This document shows positions 1 through 11,900 of a stretch of 64,000 bases of DNA, one piece after another. The notes beneath the pieces were generated by a model, which saw only the letters and a program-made list of their open reading frames with translations, was not told the DNA's origin and ran no database searches. The stretch's first letter is position 1. Each line of letters begins with the position of its first letter. The DNA is from Hyaloraphidium curvatum SAG 235-1 (lineage: Eukaryota; Fungi; Monoblepharomycota), in the NCBI GenBank assembly GCA_025558095.1, contig JAIVFI010000027.1, positions 310,001 through 374,000 on the forward strand, given 5' to 3'. Position numbers and translations under genes: made by a program.

Positions 1-49
1 AAGCGGAAGGTTCGAGTGTTCGACTACGGCTGGTGACCCCGACTGACGT

Positions 50-559
50 CACCCTTGCCACAAACCGTCGGCCGGCCCGGAAGTGAGGGCGATATCCCGG
101 CTACGAAGGCATCGCGGTCCAAAGGGGACCGGGCCCGTGCGGCCGCTGCTTCGGGCGACGCGTCGTCCTCGGGCGGCCGCGCGCGCAGTGGCCGGGCGGG
201 GAACACCGGGAGGGAGACCGGGAAGAGGGCGAGCCACGCAGCGTCCGAGAACGTCGGCTCCGCTGATTCCGCGTCCGAGAATGTCGGCTCCGCAGAGGGA
301 GCGTCCTTGACGTCGGGATTTGCGTCGGAGGGCGACATGGCCAAATGAACGGGCGGAAAAGGGAAGACGTCCAACTTCCGAGGGGGCCGGATGCCAAAAG
401 GTCGCCGGGGACGGACTCTAATTTCCATACGTCCTGCCGCCATTCCATATCTAGTGCTTCGCTGCTTGAACGAAAATGTGCTGGGTGCAGTTGATGTTAC
501 TACAGCTGGTTTACCCCCCGTTTCACTTCCGGGCCGGCCGACGGTTTGTGGCAAGGGTG
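50..559. mobile_element. Non-autonomous TIR element (Pack-type MITE) with CAC...GTG termini and a 4-bp ACGT target-site duplication
   Basis: Perfect inverted repeat 46-86 / 523-563 (acgtcacccttgccacaaaccgtcggccggcccggaagtga). ACGT lies at 46-49 and 560-563. No transposase inside. Internal ~30-bp tandem repeat at ~240-295. Confidence 0.85.
87..338 (-). pseudogene. Captured 5' fragment of a 7TM membrane-protein family gene inside the TIR element
   Basis: MSPSDA...FSDAAWLALFPVSLP...ARARSPLDRDAFVAGISP aligns with the N-terminus of the 3771 gene (FNAAEWIALFPAPVP...AVRGPLARDALLRGLRP). It is truncated at the TIR. Confidence 0.65.
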
Positions 560-581
560 ACGTTCGTCGCTGCTCGCGGGC

Positions 582-2020
582 ATGTTCCAGCTCGAGGAGT
601 TCAACGCCCCCTTCGGGCGCGCGCCCATTCCTGCGCTCGTCCGCGTCGTGTACGACGGGCTAAGAGCGGCTCTCTTCACAATGGTGTGGCCTGAAAACGA
701 CGGACGATTTTCCTACAGGCAGCTTGCCGTTGGTACCGCCGCGCACACAGTTTTCCAGGTCACCTGGACTTTGCCCATTCTGGCCACCGGGATCATGAAA
801 GGGAACGTCCGATTACAGGGGAGAGAGCTCGACGGGGAGGAGCAAAGCCGGGGCGGGCAAACACCGTTCGACTTCCACGTGCTCACACCCTTGGTGCGCT
901 ACAACCAGCTCGTCCGTCGGCCGTTGGACGTTGGGATGTGCGATGGGGACGCGGATCGGGTGGCGGACTGCCTGCTGCTCGAACACGACCCCAAGGACCA
1001 GCTTTGTCCCTGTCCTGCCCCATCGTGCGTAGGCGACATCCTGCGCAGGACCGGCCGATTGCAGGCTGCGGGCACCGCCGTCTCATGGATCGGGGGCAAC
1101 GCGATATGGTGCCTATTGGTCATGATTACGCCACTCATCACCTTTGGTGCCTCGACGTGGGGCACATGGTGGCGAGCGCTGATTGCAGTTGTCACACGTG
1201 GGTTCTTGGTTTCGGAACCGCAGTGTTCGCCGGCCCTGATTCCAGCTCCAGTGGTCGTCACAATCTTGACTAGCTTTCAGGGATGGGCAGCCATCTCCTT
1301 CCAGTTTCTCACGATTCTTCCCATCCTTGACCTCCAGCTCCGCCTTCACAATCGCGCCTTGTCGATTGCGCTGTCGCACACCGTCTCGTATTGCGAGCGC
1401 GTACTCCAAGTTGCCGGCAACCCCAAAGTCTTGGACCGCGCGGGCGTATCCCCGCTCTACGCGCGCCTGCACTCCTCGTTTGCCGCTGCATGGCGCTCCC
1501 GCCTCTCCGGCTTCCACACATACCGGCTCCTGCTATTCATGTTGCTCGTCGGGGAGGTGATCTCCGCCACAATCAACATCGTGGGTGGATGCAGATTGAA
1601 GATGCTGTCTACTGACGTGAATGCCGGTAGGCTGGAGCAAGCTGCATCACGGCCTACCAGCTCGGCAGCATCCTGTGGATTGTGGGTGAGCTGCTCAGGG
1701 GCTTGGTGGAGACTGCCGCCGCAAACTCCGAGATCACGACCATCGCCTCGGCCTGCCGCCGCGCCGCGTCGGACCTGCGCCTCCTGCTCGTCTCGTACCC
1801 GCGTGGGCATCCCGCCGCGGTCGAGGAGGCGCGGCGGCACGAGCGTGTGGTCGAGGGGTTCGTCGAGATGCCAGGGCTCCGCGCGCGGTTCCTCGGGTTC
1901 GAGGTGACGTACGCGGTTGTGCGGGGCGTTGCGCTCACGGCGTTCACGGTCGCCGTTGGGTTGTGGAGCATCGCAAGGGGGACGTCGCTCAGCCTGGTCT
2001 TCGAAAGCGTGTGCTTGTAA
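582..2020 (+). CDS. Multi-pass membrane protein, 7TM ion-channel (gustatory receptor-like/DUF3537-like) family, copy 1; 5' end uncertain
   Basis: Several hydrophobic helices. Introns at ~1198-1244 and 1581-1630. Shares HDPxDxLCPC, INI|xxxSCIxAY and a C-terminal RFLGFEVTYAVVRG..T.FT...GLWSI.RG motif with the 3771 gene. Confidence 0.6.
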
Positions 2021-2648
2021 TGAAGCAGTACAGAAGAATCAATCACGGCCCTGAGGCGGACCAAGACCACATTGCAAGACCGCATTGCTGGGGAAGTATG
2101 GGATCTCCATGACGGCAAGCTCACTCAAGAGGACTGCTAAACCACAATGATTGCGCTCCAGGAATGCGTCCAAAACCGCAGGATGACAAGAGGCGTCCAG
2201 AGTGTCAAGACAGTGAGGAACGACAGATATAGATCGTCTTCCAAGCCAAGTCGGTGACGTACCATACGTGAGCCTGGCCAGCAGCAAGCCAGCGCACGAC
2301 TTCCGAATGCAAACACACTCTGGGCCATCGATGTGCTCAAAGAGCTGGAGCGACTTTCCCTCACGAGGAACGCACGCCCATTCCTCGGGCGTGAAGAGCG
2401 AGGGGAGATCAGATCAGAGAGCGTTCCCGGCGCGGTGTCCGCCTGCAGAGCGGCCATCTCGGCGTCCGGTCCGTGGCCACGTTCGCGCTTCAGGATTTCA
2501 GGGACCTTTTCATATTGGCCCTCCTTGCGCCGGAAACGCGCGTGAGATTGGGCGTCGCGCAGGTGCTCCCAGAAGCGGCCCCGCGGGGGGAAACTTCGGA
2601 CAAGCAAGTGTCTCCCAACCCCTACGAACCCCCTACTCGGGCTCCAAA

Positions 2649-3497
2649 ATGATCTCGGGAATGCCTCGCATCGCCATCGCGGCGGCCGATTTCGACGCGA
2701 TGATCGCCGTGTGCCGCGACGCGCTCGGGCTCCCCGTCGCCATCGTTGACGCCTCGGCGCTCGGCGCAAAGGTCGCGATGTGCGTGCCCGAGGGCGGCTC
2801 CTGCATCGAGCTCATGGCGCCCGCGGACCCCGACGCCCCGCTGTCGCTGTCCCTGCAGCGCTTCCTGGACAAGCGCGGCCCGGGCCTTTTCGCGCTTATG
2901 CTAGAAGCGCCGGACCCGGACGCCGAGGCAAAGGTCCTCTCCTCGCGCGGGCTCAACGTGCTCCCGCTCATGAAGGACGCCGGGGGCCGCGATGTGCACC
3001 CCAACTCGACGTGCGGCACGCTGATCCGGGTTTATCCCGACAATTCGTACAAGGGCGGGAGGCAGCCGAGCAAGGTCACGGGCATCGCCAGGGTGATCAT
3101 GGCCGTGTGGGACGTCTCCAAGGCCGCCGAGGTGTACGGCAAGAGGTTCGGCCTGCAGGCCGATAAGCCCGTGCTGGACGCCGCCAGGGGCGTCGAGGCC
3201 GTCACCGTGCGCCCGGGCACGGGAGGCGTAATCGAACTCGTAGCCGTGCGCGACCCGAACAAGCCATTCGCCGCAGCGATCGCCGCCCACCTCAAGGACA
3301 GCCCGGAGGGCATGTATGCGCTCGTGCTGCAGGCCACGGATCCCGGAGCTATCGCGGAGAGGCTGCGGAGCAAAGGGATCGGGGCACAGCCGGCGGCGGA
3401 CGACCGAAAGGTCGTGGAGGTGCCGCGCAAGGACATGTTTGGGGCGCTGCTGAGGATCGAACCCGCGGAGGGGCAGCAGGCGCGGGCGTCGCTGTGA
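2649..3497 (+). CDS. VOC/glyoxalase-fold protein (methylmalonyl-CoA epimerase-like, two VOC domains), intronless
   Basis: RIAIAAADFD...RDALGL, IELMAP, RFLDKRGPGLFAL; second repeat RVIMAVWD...IELVA...EGMYALVL. Confidence 0.8.
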   Translation: MISGMPRIAIAAADFDAMIAVCRDALGLPVAIVDASALGAKVAMCVPEGGSCIELMAPADPDAPLSLSLQRFLDKRGPGLFALMLEAPDPDAEAKVLSSRGLNVLPLMKDAGGRDVHPNSTCGTLIRVYPDNSYKGGRQPSKVTGIARVIMAVWDVSKAAEVYGKRFGLQADKPVLDAARGVEAVTVRPGTGGVIELVAVRDPNKPFAAAIAAHLKDSPEGMYALVLQATDPGAIAERLRSKGIGAQPAADDRKVVEVPRKDMFGALLRIEPAEGQQARASL

Positions 3498-3770
3498 TGG
3501 AGCGGCTTGAAGATCGCTGCTTTGGATGGTCTTGCCGCCGTGTTTCTCGGCAGCCAGCGAGTGTGTAGGGGTCGGAAACTGTCCGTACGGATGGGTGTAC
3601 AGTCATTAGTGCCTATCGCATGCTGATTTCGAGGCCTAGAGGCCCGGACTTCTTCTTGGAAGTTTGCCACAAGCGGAGGAAATTCGACGCGCCATGGCTG
3701 AAAAAGAAGTCCGATCCCCCCGAATGTTCCAAAGTGTCGTCAGTTCTCGCTCACCCGACAGTCTCCCACC

Positions 3771-5432
3771 ATGGTTGCCAAGTTCTCCTTTAACGCCGCC
3801 GAGTGGATCGCGCTCTTCCCGGCGCCGGTGCCTGCGGGGGCCGGCCCGGTGCCGGGCTGCCCGCCGCGCGCGCGCGACGCCTTCGCGGCGGTGCGCGGGC
3901 CGCTGGCGCGCGACGCGCTCCTCCGCGGGCTGCGGCCGCTCAGCCGCCCGCTGCAGCTCGCGGCGGCCGCGCAGCTGCGCATCGAGCCGTGGGCGCGGCG
4001 CGCGAACCTGCGGCTGCTCGCCATGGCGCTCTTCGCCTTCGCGCTGTTCGGTGCCGTGTGGGCCCTCGACGGCGGCCGCTTCGGGCGCACGCAGCTGATC
4101 GCAGGTGCGTGGCCTCCGATCGCCCCGCATCCACCTCCGCCGATCGCCCCGACCCCGCAGGCACCGTCGCCGCCCTCTTCGCCGTCGGCCTGCCGCTCAT
4201 CATGGCCACAACGGCCGGCTACCGCAAGAGCGTGACCGTCACACATTCCGGCGCCGGCGACGCCTCCGCGGACCTCAACCGCTTCTCCATGGCTGGCGCC
4301 GTGCGCTGGGCGCAGCTCTGCGGGATCGGCGGCGGCGGTGAGGGCGGCGCCGAGGCGGGCAAGCTGGTGCAGGTCCCGTCGCTTCTGGTCCAGCACGATC
4401 CGGAGGACAGGCTGTGTCCCTGTGCCCTTCCCGGGTGCGCGGGCGGGCTGCCGGCCGCTGCAGGGCGCGTGCGCATCGCCGAAATTGTCCTGCGCGGCGT
4501 TGTCGGATTCATCTTCATCAGCGTTGCCGTGGGGTGGACGGCCATGATCACGCTGTCGCGCGAGTTCTGGGGGGTCTGGTGGGGCGCACTGCTGGGCACA
4601 TTCTACAGTAGGTGGCGGCGAGACGTGCAAGGGGCCCGCCTCCGCTGACCGCTCCGAACAGTCGTGACATCACTCAACTACAACCTCGTCAACGGCATCG
4701 GCCGCTTCGCCACCAATGCCCCGCTGCTCCGCCTCTCCCTCCGGCTACACCACCGCGCCATGGGGCTGGCCCTGGGCGACCTGCTTGCCCGCGCCCGCCG
4801 CGCGCTCGACGGGAGCGAGCAGGACGCGCTCGAGGGCGAGGAACCGTATTCCCAGCTGCACGCGTGCCTCGCCGAAGTGTGGAGGAATAGGCACCCGTAC
4901 CTGGGCTCCTACGCTGTCGCGTTGCCCCTGGCATTCGCGCTGCAGTCGTTCGTCGCAATCATCAACATCGTGGGTCCCTCGCCGCCTCCCCGGCGCCCGG
5001 GCCTGCTTCTCACTCCGTGCCCGCGCTCAGGTCGCCGGATCGTGCATCCCCGCGTACCCGATCGGAATCATGGCCTACACCGTCGTCCTCTTCCTCTTCG
5101 ACACGACGTCCCTCGTCGTCAGCAACGAGCAGATCTCCGAAATCACGGACCTGTACCTCGATGCGCGCCGCGAGATCCGGGAGCTCCTCGCCCGCGCCGA
5201 CGACCCCGCTTCGGCCCCGGCCGCCGCGCGGCTGGCCGCTCACGACGCGCTGCTGTCGTCGTACCTCGAGGCGTCGAGGTTCATGGGGAGGCTGCTGGGA
5301 TACCCGATCGACTTTTCCGCCGTGCGGACCTTCCTCCTCGCCCTCTTCACGGTGGTGATCGGGCTGTGGAGCATCCTCAGGGGGTCGGGCATCTTCATCA
5401 CCATGGACTTCGCGTGCCCGATCAACGCGTGA
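3771..5432 (+). CDS. Multi-pass membrane protein, 7TM ion-channel (Gr-like/DUF3537-like) family, copy 2
   Basis: Four exons (introns ~4105-4160, ~4607-4661, 4970-5030). C-terminus LSSYLEASRFMGRLLGYPIDFSAVRTFLLALFTVVIGLWSILRG. Paralog of the 582 gene. Confidence 0.7.
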
Positions 5433-5531
5433 GGTGTTGCCTCCATGAGACGGGCTCCAATGTATCGGAAGCTCCCTCTCTTCGACGGAGAACACGCAAC
5501 GTGTACAGATCCTTGGCCAGAACAGGTTCGA

Positions 5532-7098
5532 TCAGGGCAGGAAGATGGAAGCCCCCTTCTGCTTGGCATAGCCTGCCTCCTCGGCAACCAACGCCGGCAG
5601 CCGCGTCTCCCAGACCACGTCCAGCCATTCGACGATCCGCGTCCTCGTCTCCAGCGGAGAAATGATCTGCAATCGGCGAGTCAGCTCCAGGAACGAGCTG
5701 CTCGTCCACCTCCGGCACCCACGTCCTCAACGTCGAACGCTTCTGCGCTCCGCACGGGGCTCGACACGGCCCTTAGTTTCCTGGCAATCGCCTCCCTCTT
5801 CCTCTCCCTCTCCGCCGGGTCCTTTATCGCCTCCAGCCTCCCCTTGAACGCCGCCTCCACCCCGCCCTGCAGCGGGAGGCTGCCCCACTCCCCCGACGGG
5901 AACGCCACGCGCACGTTGCACATGGCGTCGCCGCCCTCCCCGCGCGCGGCGAGGATCCCGCCCGCGACGCCGTACTTCTTCCTCGCCACGACCGTGAACC
6001 ACGGCACCCGCGAGTCGAACGCCACGGCCGTCAGCCTGCTCCCCTTTCGGATCGTGCCCGCTCTCTCCGCCTTGGAACCGACGGCGAACCCGGGGCAGTC
6101 GACAAAGTTCACGATGGGGAGGTGGAACACCCCCGCGACGCCGATCAGCCGGCACAGCTTCTCGCACCCGTCGGCGCCGATCGCGCCGCCCTCGTGCCGC
6201 GGGTCGCCGGCCATCACCGCCGCGGGCTTCCCGTCGAACCGGGCGAACAGGGTGCGCACCTCGCGGCCCCAGCCGCCGCCGATCTCGAAGAGGGAGCCGG
6301 CGTCGGCGACCAGGCGGAGGTAGGACATGGGGTCGTAGGGTTTGGAGGGGTCGGGGGGGATGATCTTGAGCAGGGCGAGGGGGTCAGGGTCCGTTTCGGG
6401 ATCGCGCGGCGGGGCAAGGGGGGGGAGGGACCACCGGTTGGAGGGGAGGTACGACAGCCAGCGCCTGACCTGCGCGATGGCGTCGGCTTCGTCCGCGGCC
6501 ACGTTGTCGGCCGTGCCGTTGCCCCCGTGAACGTCGACGCCCCCGAGCTGGTTTTTTGTCAGGTCCTCGTGGGTCGCGGGGCGCACAACCGGTGGCCCAG
6601 CAGCAAAGATCTGCCCCGTCGTTTTTGGCGCGACGACAAAGTGCGCCGTGGTGGCCTTAGCGGCCCCAAGACCGACCGTCGGCCCGAGGCAGGCGCACGC
6701 GACGGGTACTTCGTCCAGCATGCGGATCCAGTGGAGGTAGCCGATCGCGGTGCCCGAGGTCATCTTGGAGTACCTCTGCTTGAGGATGACGGCGACGGAG
6801 CCGCCGCCAGAGGAGCCGTCGAGGAGCCGGACCATGGGAACGCGGAGCTCCCGGGCGAGGGACTCGGCGTGGATGGCCTTGCGGCCGATGGCGCCGTCGG
6901 CGTGGCCTCCTCTCACCGAAAAGTCTGCGCGGGACCAAGAGCTTCAATCAGGCCCGGTTCCTCGAAGCATGCCCATGTCACCCACCGTCGGCGCCCACAA
7001 TGACCGGCCTCCCGTCAATCCTCGCCTGGCCCATGACAAAGTTGGCTCGCGTGAAGCTCTTCAGCTTCTCCGGGTTGGCCTCGTCGTACGTAGTCGAA
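5532..7098 (-). pseudogene. Acyl-CoA carboxylase carboxyltransferase (PCCB/MCCB-like), 3' part of a split gene
   Basis: FVMGQARIDGRPVIVGAD|DFSVRGG, LLDGSSGGGS, IFAAGPPVV, QLGG..VH..NG, NFVDCPGFAVG..AE. Introns ~5666-5721 and ~6925-6986; stop at 5532. No in-frame N-terminus adjacent. Confidence 0.85.
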
Positions 7099-7410
7099 CG
7101 CGGCAAGGGCGTCGTACGCCTCGATGGCGTCCATTTCAGGGTGAGAAATTGGGAGAAAGAATCGGTTCACGCCCCGCGGGGGCGCCGAGCTCCGCAGGAC
7201 GGTGCTCCGCAGGACGGCGCGTCCAGCACGCGAGAGGGATGGCGCGGGAGGCGACAGTCCTTCGAAAGCGCCGTCGATGACGCCGCGACGGCGTGAAGTG
7301 AAATGGACGAGCAGGAGTTCACTCCACGGCCCCCGCCCGCGGTGGCAGACGTGCTGCTACTAGACAATCAGAGGAGACATCTATGCACTCCGATATCGCG
7401 TTCCATTCAA

Positions 7411-8949
7411 TCAACGCTTCCTCTTTCCAACCCTGCCCGCCTTGATCTCCTTGACCCTGTCCACCGCCGTCCAGTGGTTGTACATGATCCTGCGCCCCGC
7501 GATCTTCCTCGGCCTCGAGCTCACCGGAGACAACCGCCGGGCCTTTTCGACCTCCCAGCGCTCCTTGAACTCCTTCCTGTCGCGCCCGACCTTGGCGTAC
7601 TTGGGCACGTCCTTGTTGATGAAAGTGATCAGAGCCTCCCTGTGGACTGAACCGCCCGAGTTGTACATGGGCAGATTCATATGCTCCTCGACGTACTCGG
7701 AAATGAGAAGGCTCCCGGGCGGCGTATCAATCGCGAGTCCGAGCCGCACCATCACCTGCCCGCCTCCTTCCACCTGACGCTTCTTGGTCGAGGTCGAAAA
7801 GACGCCAATGAGGCAAGAGGTGCCTTCCAGGTTATCGTCGTCGGCGTGAATGTCCGTCGTCATGTCCTCTGCAATCTCATAAGTCGTCGTGGCTGACGTG
7901 GCAACCATGCGAAGATCCTCGGGGAGGTCGTCGACGTAGCCAGCATTGATGGCGTATTGCTCTGGCATGAGCTCTTTGAAGTCCTGGCTCATGGCCTCGG
8001 CCACGCGGTGCAACTTTGCCATGGGATAGAGGACCTCCAGCTTCTCGTTCCACTTGTACGGCCGGACTTTGAAACCCTTCATCCCAAGGTAGTCGACCGT
8101 CGTGCTGCAGTAGTGTGCCGTAAGCCCCGCGAGCACCACCCTCCCGGGATTGTCATCGGATGCGACGTTAGCGCGATCGAGTGGATCCCCAATCCAGGCC
8201 AGCTTATGCAGCACATCGCCGAGCTCGCCCCAATCGCCACCGTGCTCAGTCTGGACCAGTTTGGAGAGCCACGGTGGCCTGCACGTCGCCAGCAGGGCCA
8301 GTTTCCGCTCTCCATTCGATTGCCGTGCATAAACGCGGACAGTTTTCCCAGGTTCAAGGCGGATTCTCTTCCATCCGCCCTTGCGCGGGGGCAAAGTCGG
8401 CACCTCCACCTGGCCAGGGAGCAGGTGCGGCGGTCTCCCGGTTTTGGCGGCGGCGCCCGGCTCCAAACGCACTTCATTTGCTTCGCTTATGAGTTGCCTC
8501 AGGTGGCTCGATTCGGTGCGGGTGCCCCCGACGAGGCTGTCCTTCAGCGCCGCGAGCGCGCTGTCCTCCTTCCTGGCTGTCTCCAAGTGCCTGAAATCCG
8601 GCCAGGTATCGACGTCGTCGTCGACGTCGCACTCAATCTCGTTCCCCTCGATCACTTCGAACTGCGCAAGGCAAGCGCGCACGAAGGCCGCCTGGTTGCA
8701 GAGGCGGGTCCCAGCACCCCACGAGGGCCGCGGCGCCTCGGCCGCCCGGGTGCGCGACGAGGAGTCGCCAGACGGATCGGCTGACGACGGGCCTGCGGAG
8801 GATGGCCCCGCGGTCGGGTGCGGGTTGGGGCGGCCGTGGGCGCCGGTGGAAATCCGCGCCTGGACGATGTGCGACGGGTGGCCCTGGGCGTTACGCGAAG
8901 CGTTCCGGGCACGTCGCCGTCTGCCGTTGCTCTGGCTGTGCCGAGGCAT
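7411..8949 (-). CDS. TET/JBP-family 2OG-Fe(II) nucleic-acid dioxygenase, intronless, 512 aa
   Basis: TDIHADDDN (HxD), GGGQVMVRLGLAIDTPPGSLLI, EEHMNLP (distal His), HREALITF (2OG-binding Arg). Basic C-tail RVGKRKR. Confidence 0.8.
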   Translation of the reverse strand: MPRHSQSNGRRRRARNASRNAQGHPSHIVQARISTGAHGRPNPHPTAGPSSAGPSSADPSGDSSSRTRAAEAPRPSWGAGTRLCNQAAFVRACLAQFEVIEGNEIECDVDDDVDTWPDFRHLETARKEDSALAALKDSLVGGTRTESSHLRQLISEANEVRLEPGAAAKTGRPPHLLPGQVEVPTLPPRKGGWKRIRLEPGKTVRVYARQSNGERKLALLATCRPPWLSKLVQTEHGGDWGELGDVLHKLAWIGDPLDRANVASDDNPGRVVLAGLTAHYCSTTVDYLGMKGFKVRPYKWNEKLEVLYPMAKLHRVAEAMSQDFKELMPEQYAINAGYVDDLPEDLRMVATSATTTYEIAEDMTTDIHADDDNLEGTSCLIGVFSTSTKKRQVEGGGQVMVRLGLAIDTPPGSLLISEYVEEHMNLPMYNSGGSVHREALITFINKDVPKYAKVGRDRKEFKERWEVEKARRLSPVSSRPRKIAGRRIMYNHWTAVDRVKEIKAGRVGKRKR

Positions 8950-11900
8950 TGGTGCGGCGCCCTGCCGGCCGCGCGATGGCCGGGGTGAACGGCGCGGAGA
9001 TGGACCCCGGCGGTCAGTCAGGGTCTCCCGCTTCGGCCGGCATTCGGCTGTGGTTCACCCGCCGCTTCCCCTCCGCGGCCATCCCGGGAGCAAGAAGGGA
9101 CGGGACCCAACAGGCGCTTCAACTGCGACGTGTTCAGCAACCGCAACCTGTTTCGGAAGGACGCGTGTGCCCCAGGCCGGGAATCGTCATCGGAGGATCC
9201 AATCCTCCGTCTTCGATTCCATCCATCGCTGGCTCGAGATTGACCCAGCACGCCCTTTCCCACGAAGCAGGGCCTCATTATTTACGCCAGCTGCCGCGTG
9301 TGGAGCTTCCAGCGCGACACAGCGGATCTGCATCCCGATTATCTGGCAACCCATGCTAGCCATCTCTGTGGGGTTTGTCGGCGGCGGGGAGGGTGGCACA
9401 TAGGTCCATTGTATCGTGGAAGCACCGCAGAGCGAGCCGCGGGTCACTCGGGGTTGATTGGTTGGCGAAAAATTGCCGATGTCGAACACAGCTGCTGACT
9501 TTCTATCCACATCACCACAAGCAACAGAGAAGGACATCTGAAAGTCATCCAAGCTTCAGTTGACATTTGGTCCTTCCGATCGGTGGCGAATCATGCTTGG
9601 CAAAGTGATGCTTGAAGATCTGATTTGACATGCAACGGGTACGATGTCAGCATGCACAAGTCCGATTATCTGGAGGTGCGCAAAGACCTTCGGCAGCCAG
9701 GAAGTAATAAACCCAATGTAAACAATCTATCTCGCTTGTCAAAGTGATGGTAGACGTTCTGTCCAGGCACGGAGAAGGTTCACCTCCGAAAAGCGCAGCT
9801 CAACTGTGCACACCAAGAGTTGTTTTTCGTCCTCTCCGATATCATGGCGCGCACAGGATTATTAGTTTGATCGCGTTCAAGGCGAGGAAAACCCCGCCGT
9901 TGGCCTTGTTGGGCCTACACCTTGCTCGACCAGGTGGCATTTCTCGAGACCTTGAATACATACCGAAACAATCTAGGAGCTCGGATTCCAACACACCGGC
10001 GACCAATACGGGTTAGAAGAGCGGTTTCCTGTGTGCAAAGTCAACATCCGAGGGAGACCAACGCCGTGCATGCCACTCGAGTCCCAGCCCAGTCGCACTG
10101 CGCAGGTGCTGAAGAGCGAATGAAGGTTCAAAGCAAGCCTGGTAGTTGCCCTTGCATTAAGAACCATGTTTCCTGACTAAGAGTGCGGTGCCTTTCTGCA
10201 CTCACGCGAAACTCGATTGGAAGCCAGGGGTGAGCACGCGGCTCGGTTTCGGCGTCGGGTAAACAAACGCTCGCAGTGCTTCCGCGCGCTCGCCTTGCGC
10301 CGTCGCCGCGGCCATCCGGCCAACAGTGCCTGTGGCTAGCACGACTCGATAGCGGCGGCGCCCCAAGGGGGACGGCGCCCGCCCTTGGCTGAGGACGGCA
10401 CCGCGGAAGCACCCCGCCGCGGCTCTCCTGACGGCCGTGGCACTTTGACCGCGGCCAACGGCCCGCCAAGGGACTCAACCCGACGGGCGGATAGCGATGC
10501 GACCCAAGTCGATTGACGGTCTTGCCCCCTCTGCGCGTGGGACGGCCCGCAGTCGCCCGTGGCGGGTTGGCGGGCGCCGGAACGGGGCTTTGGAGGATGC
10601 CGGGGACTGGGGGGCGGGGGAATGAACACGGTAGCTCCCCGAGCCTGCGGTGTCGCAACCCACTCGTCGGCATCGGTCGCGACGCACCGTGGAGCCCCGG
10701 CAGATGGCCCGACGCGGGCGCCCTACCTCGACGAACCCATGATTATCCTTGTCACCCCCTTTCAGACACTGTCGCCTCGCATTTGCACCGGGGTTCCGGT
10801 GGTCTCGGCTCCGCGGCTGTCGATGGAGTCGGGAGTGGGAAGGCCGTGGGGGTGGATGCCGGGGGCGAAGTGCCGGACGGGGGGTGGGGGGGGCAGACCT
10901 CGGTGGTCGAGGCCGATTCCCAAAAGACGTCATCCACGACGAACGGCAAGTTTCCGGGTCTTCGCTCGTACCTCGTCGGCGTGCTGACGACCGCTCAGAC
11001 CCCGCGGACGATGAGACCCCCCCCCCCCCCCCTGATGGACCCGGCGCTGATCGGAGATGGCAAAGGCGTTCAGGGAAGCAGTGGGTTCCGCGTCTTCTTT
11101 CAACACCTCTTAAGTACCCGGTTCTCACCAACTTGCTCGCAGACCTTTCCGCCGCCGTCACCAGCGACGCTACCCACGAGGCCGCGGTCGTCACGCTTGT
11201 CCCCACTACCAACCTCGCCGAGAACCCTGCCGCAAAGCAGATTCCTCTCTCGGCGTGGATCCACGTAAGCACCCCTGCGGCGATGTCCTTTGGGTCATAA
11301 CGCCATCCCTGTATTCCGCAGATCTTCGCCCCCTCCGGTTTGATCGCGACGGATGGGGTCTGCGAGTAGCCCACCGCCTGCTGGAGGGACCGTGTTAATG
11401 GCAACACCGTCACAGGGGGTGAGGACGGATTGCGGATCTGCTGAAGCTGATCATTGTTGTCGTGTTCTTCGTCGTGTACTTTTCGAGCATAGATCATCTC
11501 CGTCAGCACGGCGTCCGGCGCGTCTGCTGCAAATGAAGTTGGTTCAAGCCTTGTCCGATCTCCGAGTGCCAAGATGTGGATGCGGACTGAAGGATCTCGA
11601 CGTGGAACAAAGCCGGCGACGCTTAGTTGAGAGGTTCTTGGGAATGATTCAAGCAGGGGAGTCGAGTCGTCGCTCGATGCAGCCGTGTGGTCCTGGTCGT
11701 TCTCAGCCTCGAAATCAGATGCGCGGCAAGATCCTAGTAAAACCTAATGGTGACGAGTCCCGCGGGCGGGAGGGGATGCGCTGGAGCAGCAGGTGGCGAC
11801 CATGCCGAATCCAGCAGCGACACATGCGCAATCGTTGCGCCGAAGGAGGGCTAGTGAGGGCAAGACGTTACCGGAGGGAAGGAGGAATGGAGACTTTGGT

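Noticed and set aside
10749-11340. Reverse-transcriptase remnant (AMSFG resembles MPFG)
   Set aside because: No YxDD or other RT motifs; the resemblance is too short.
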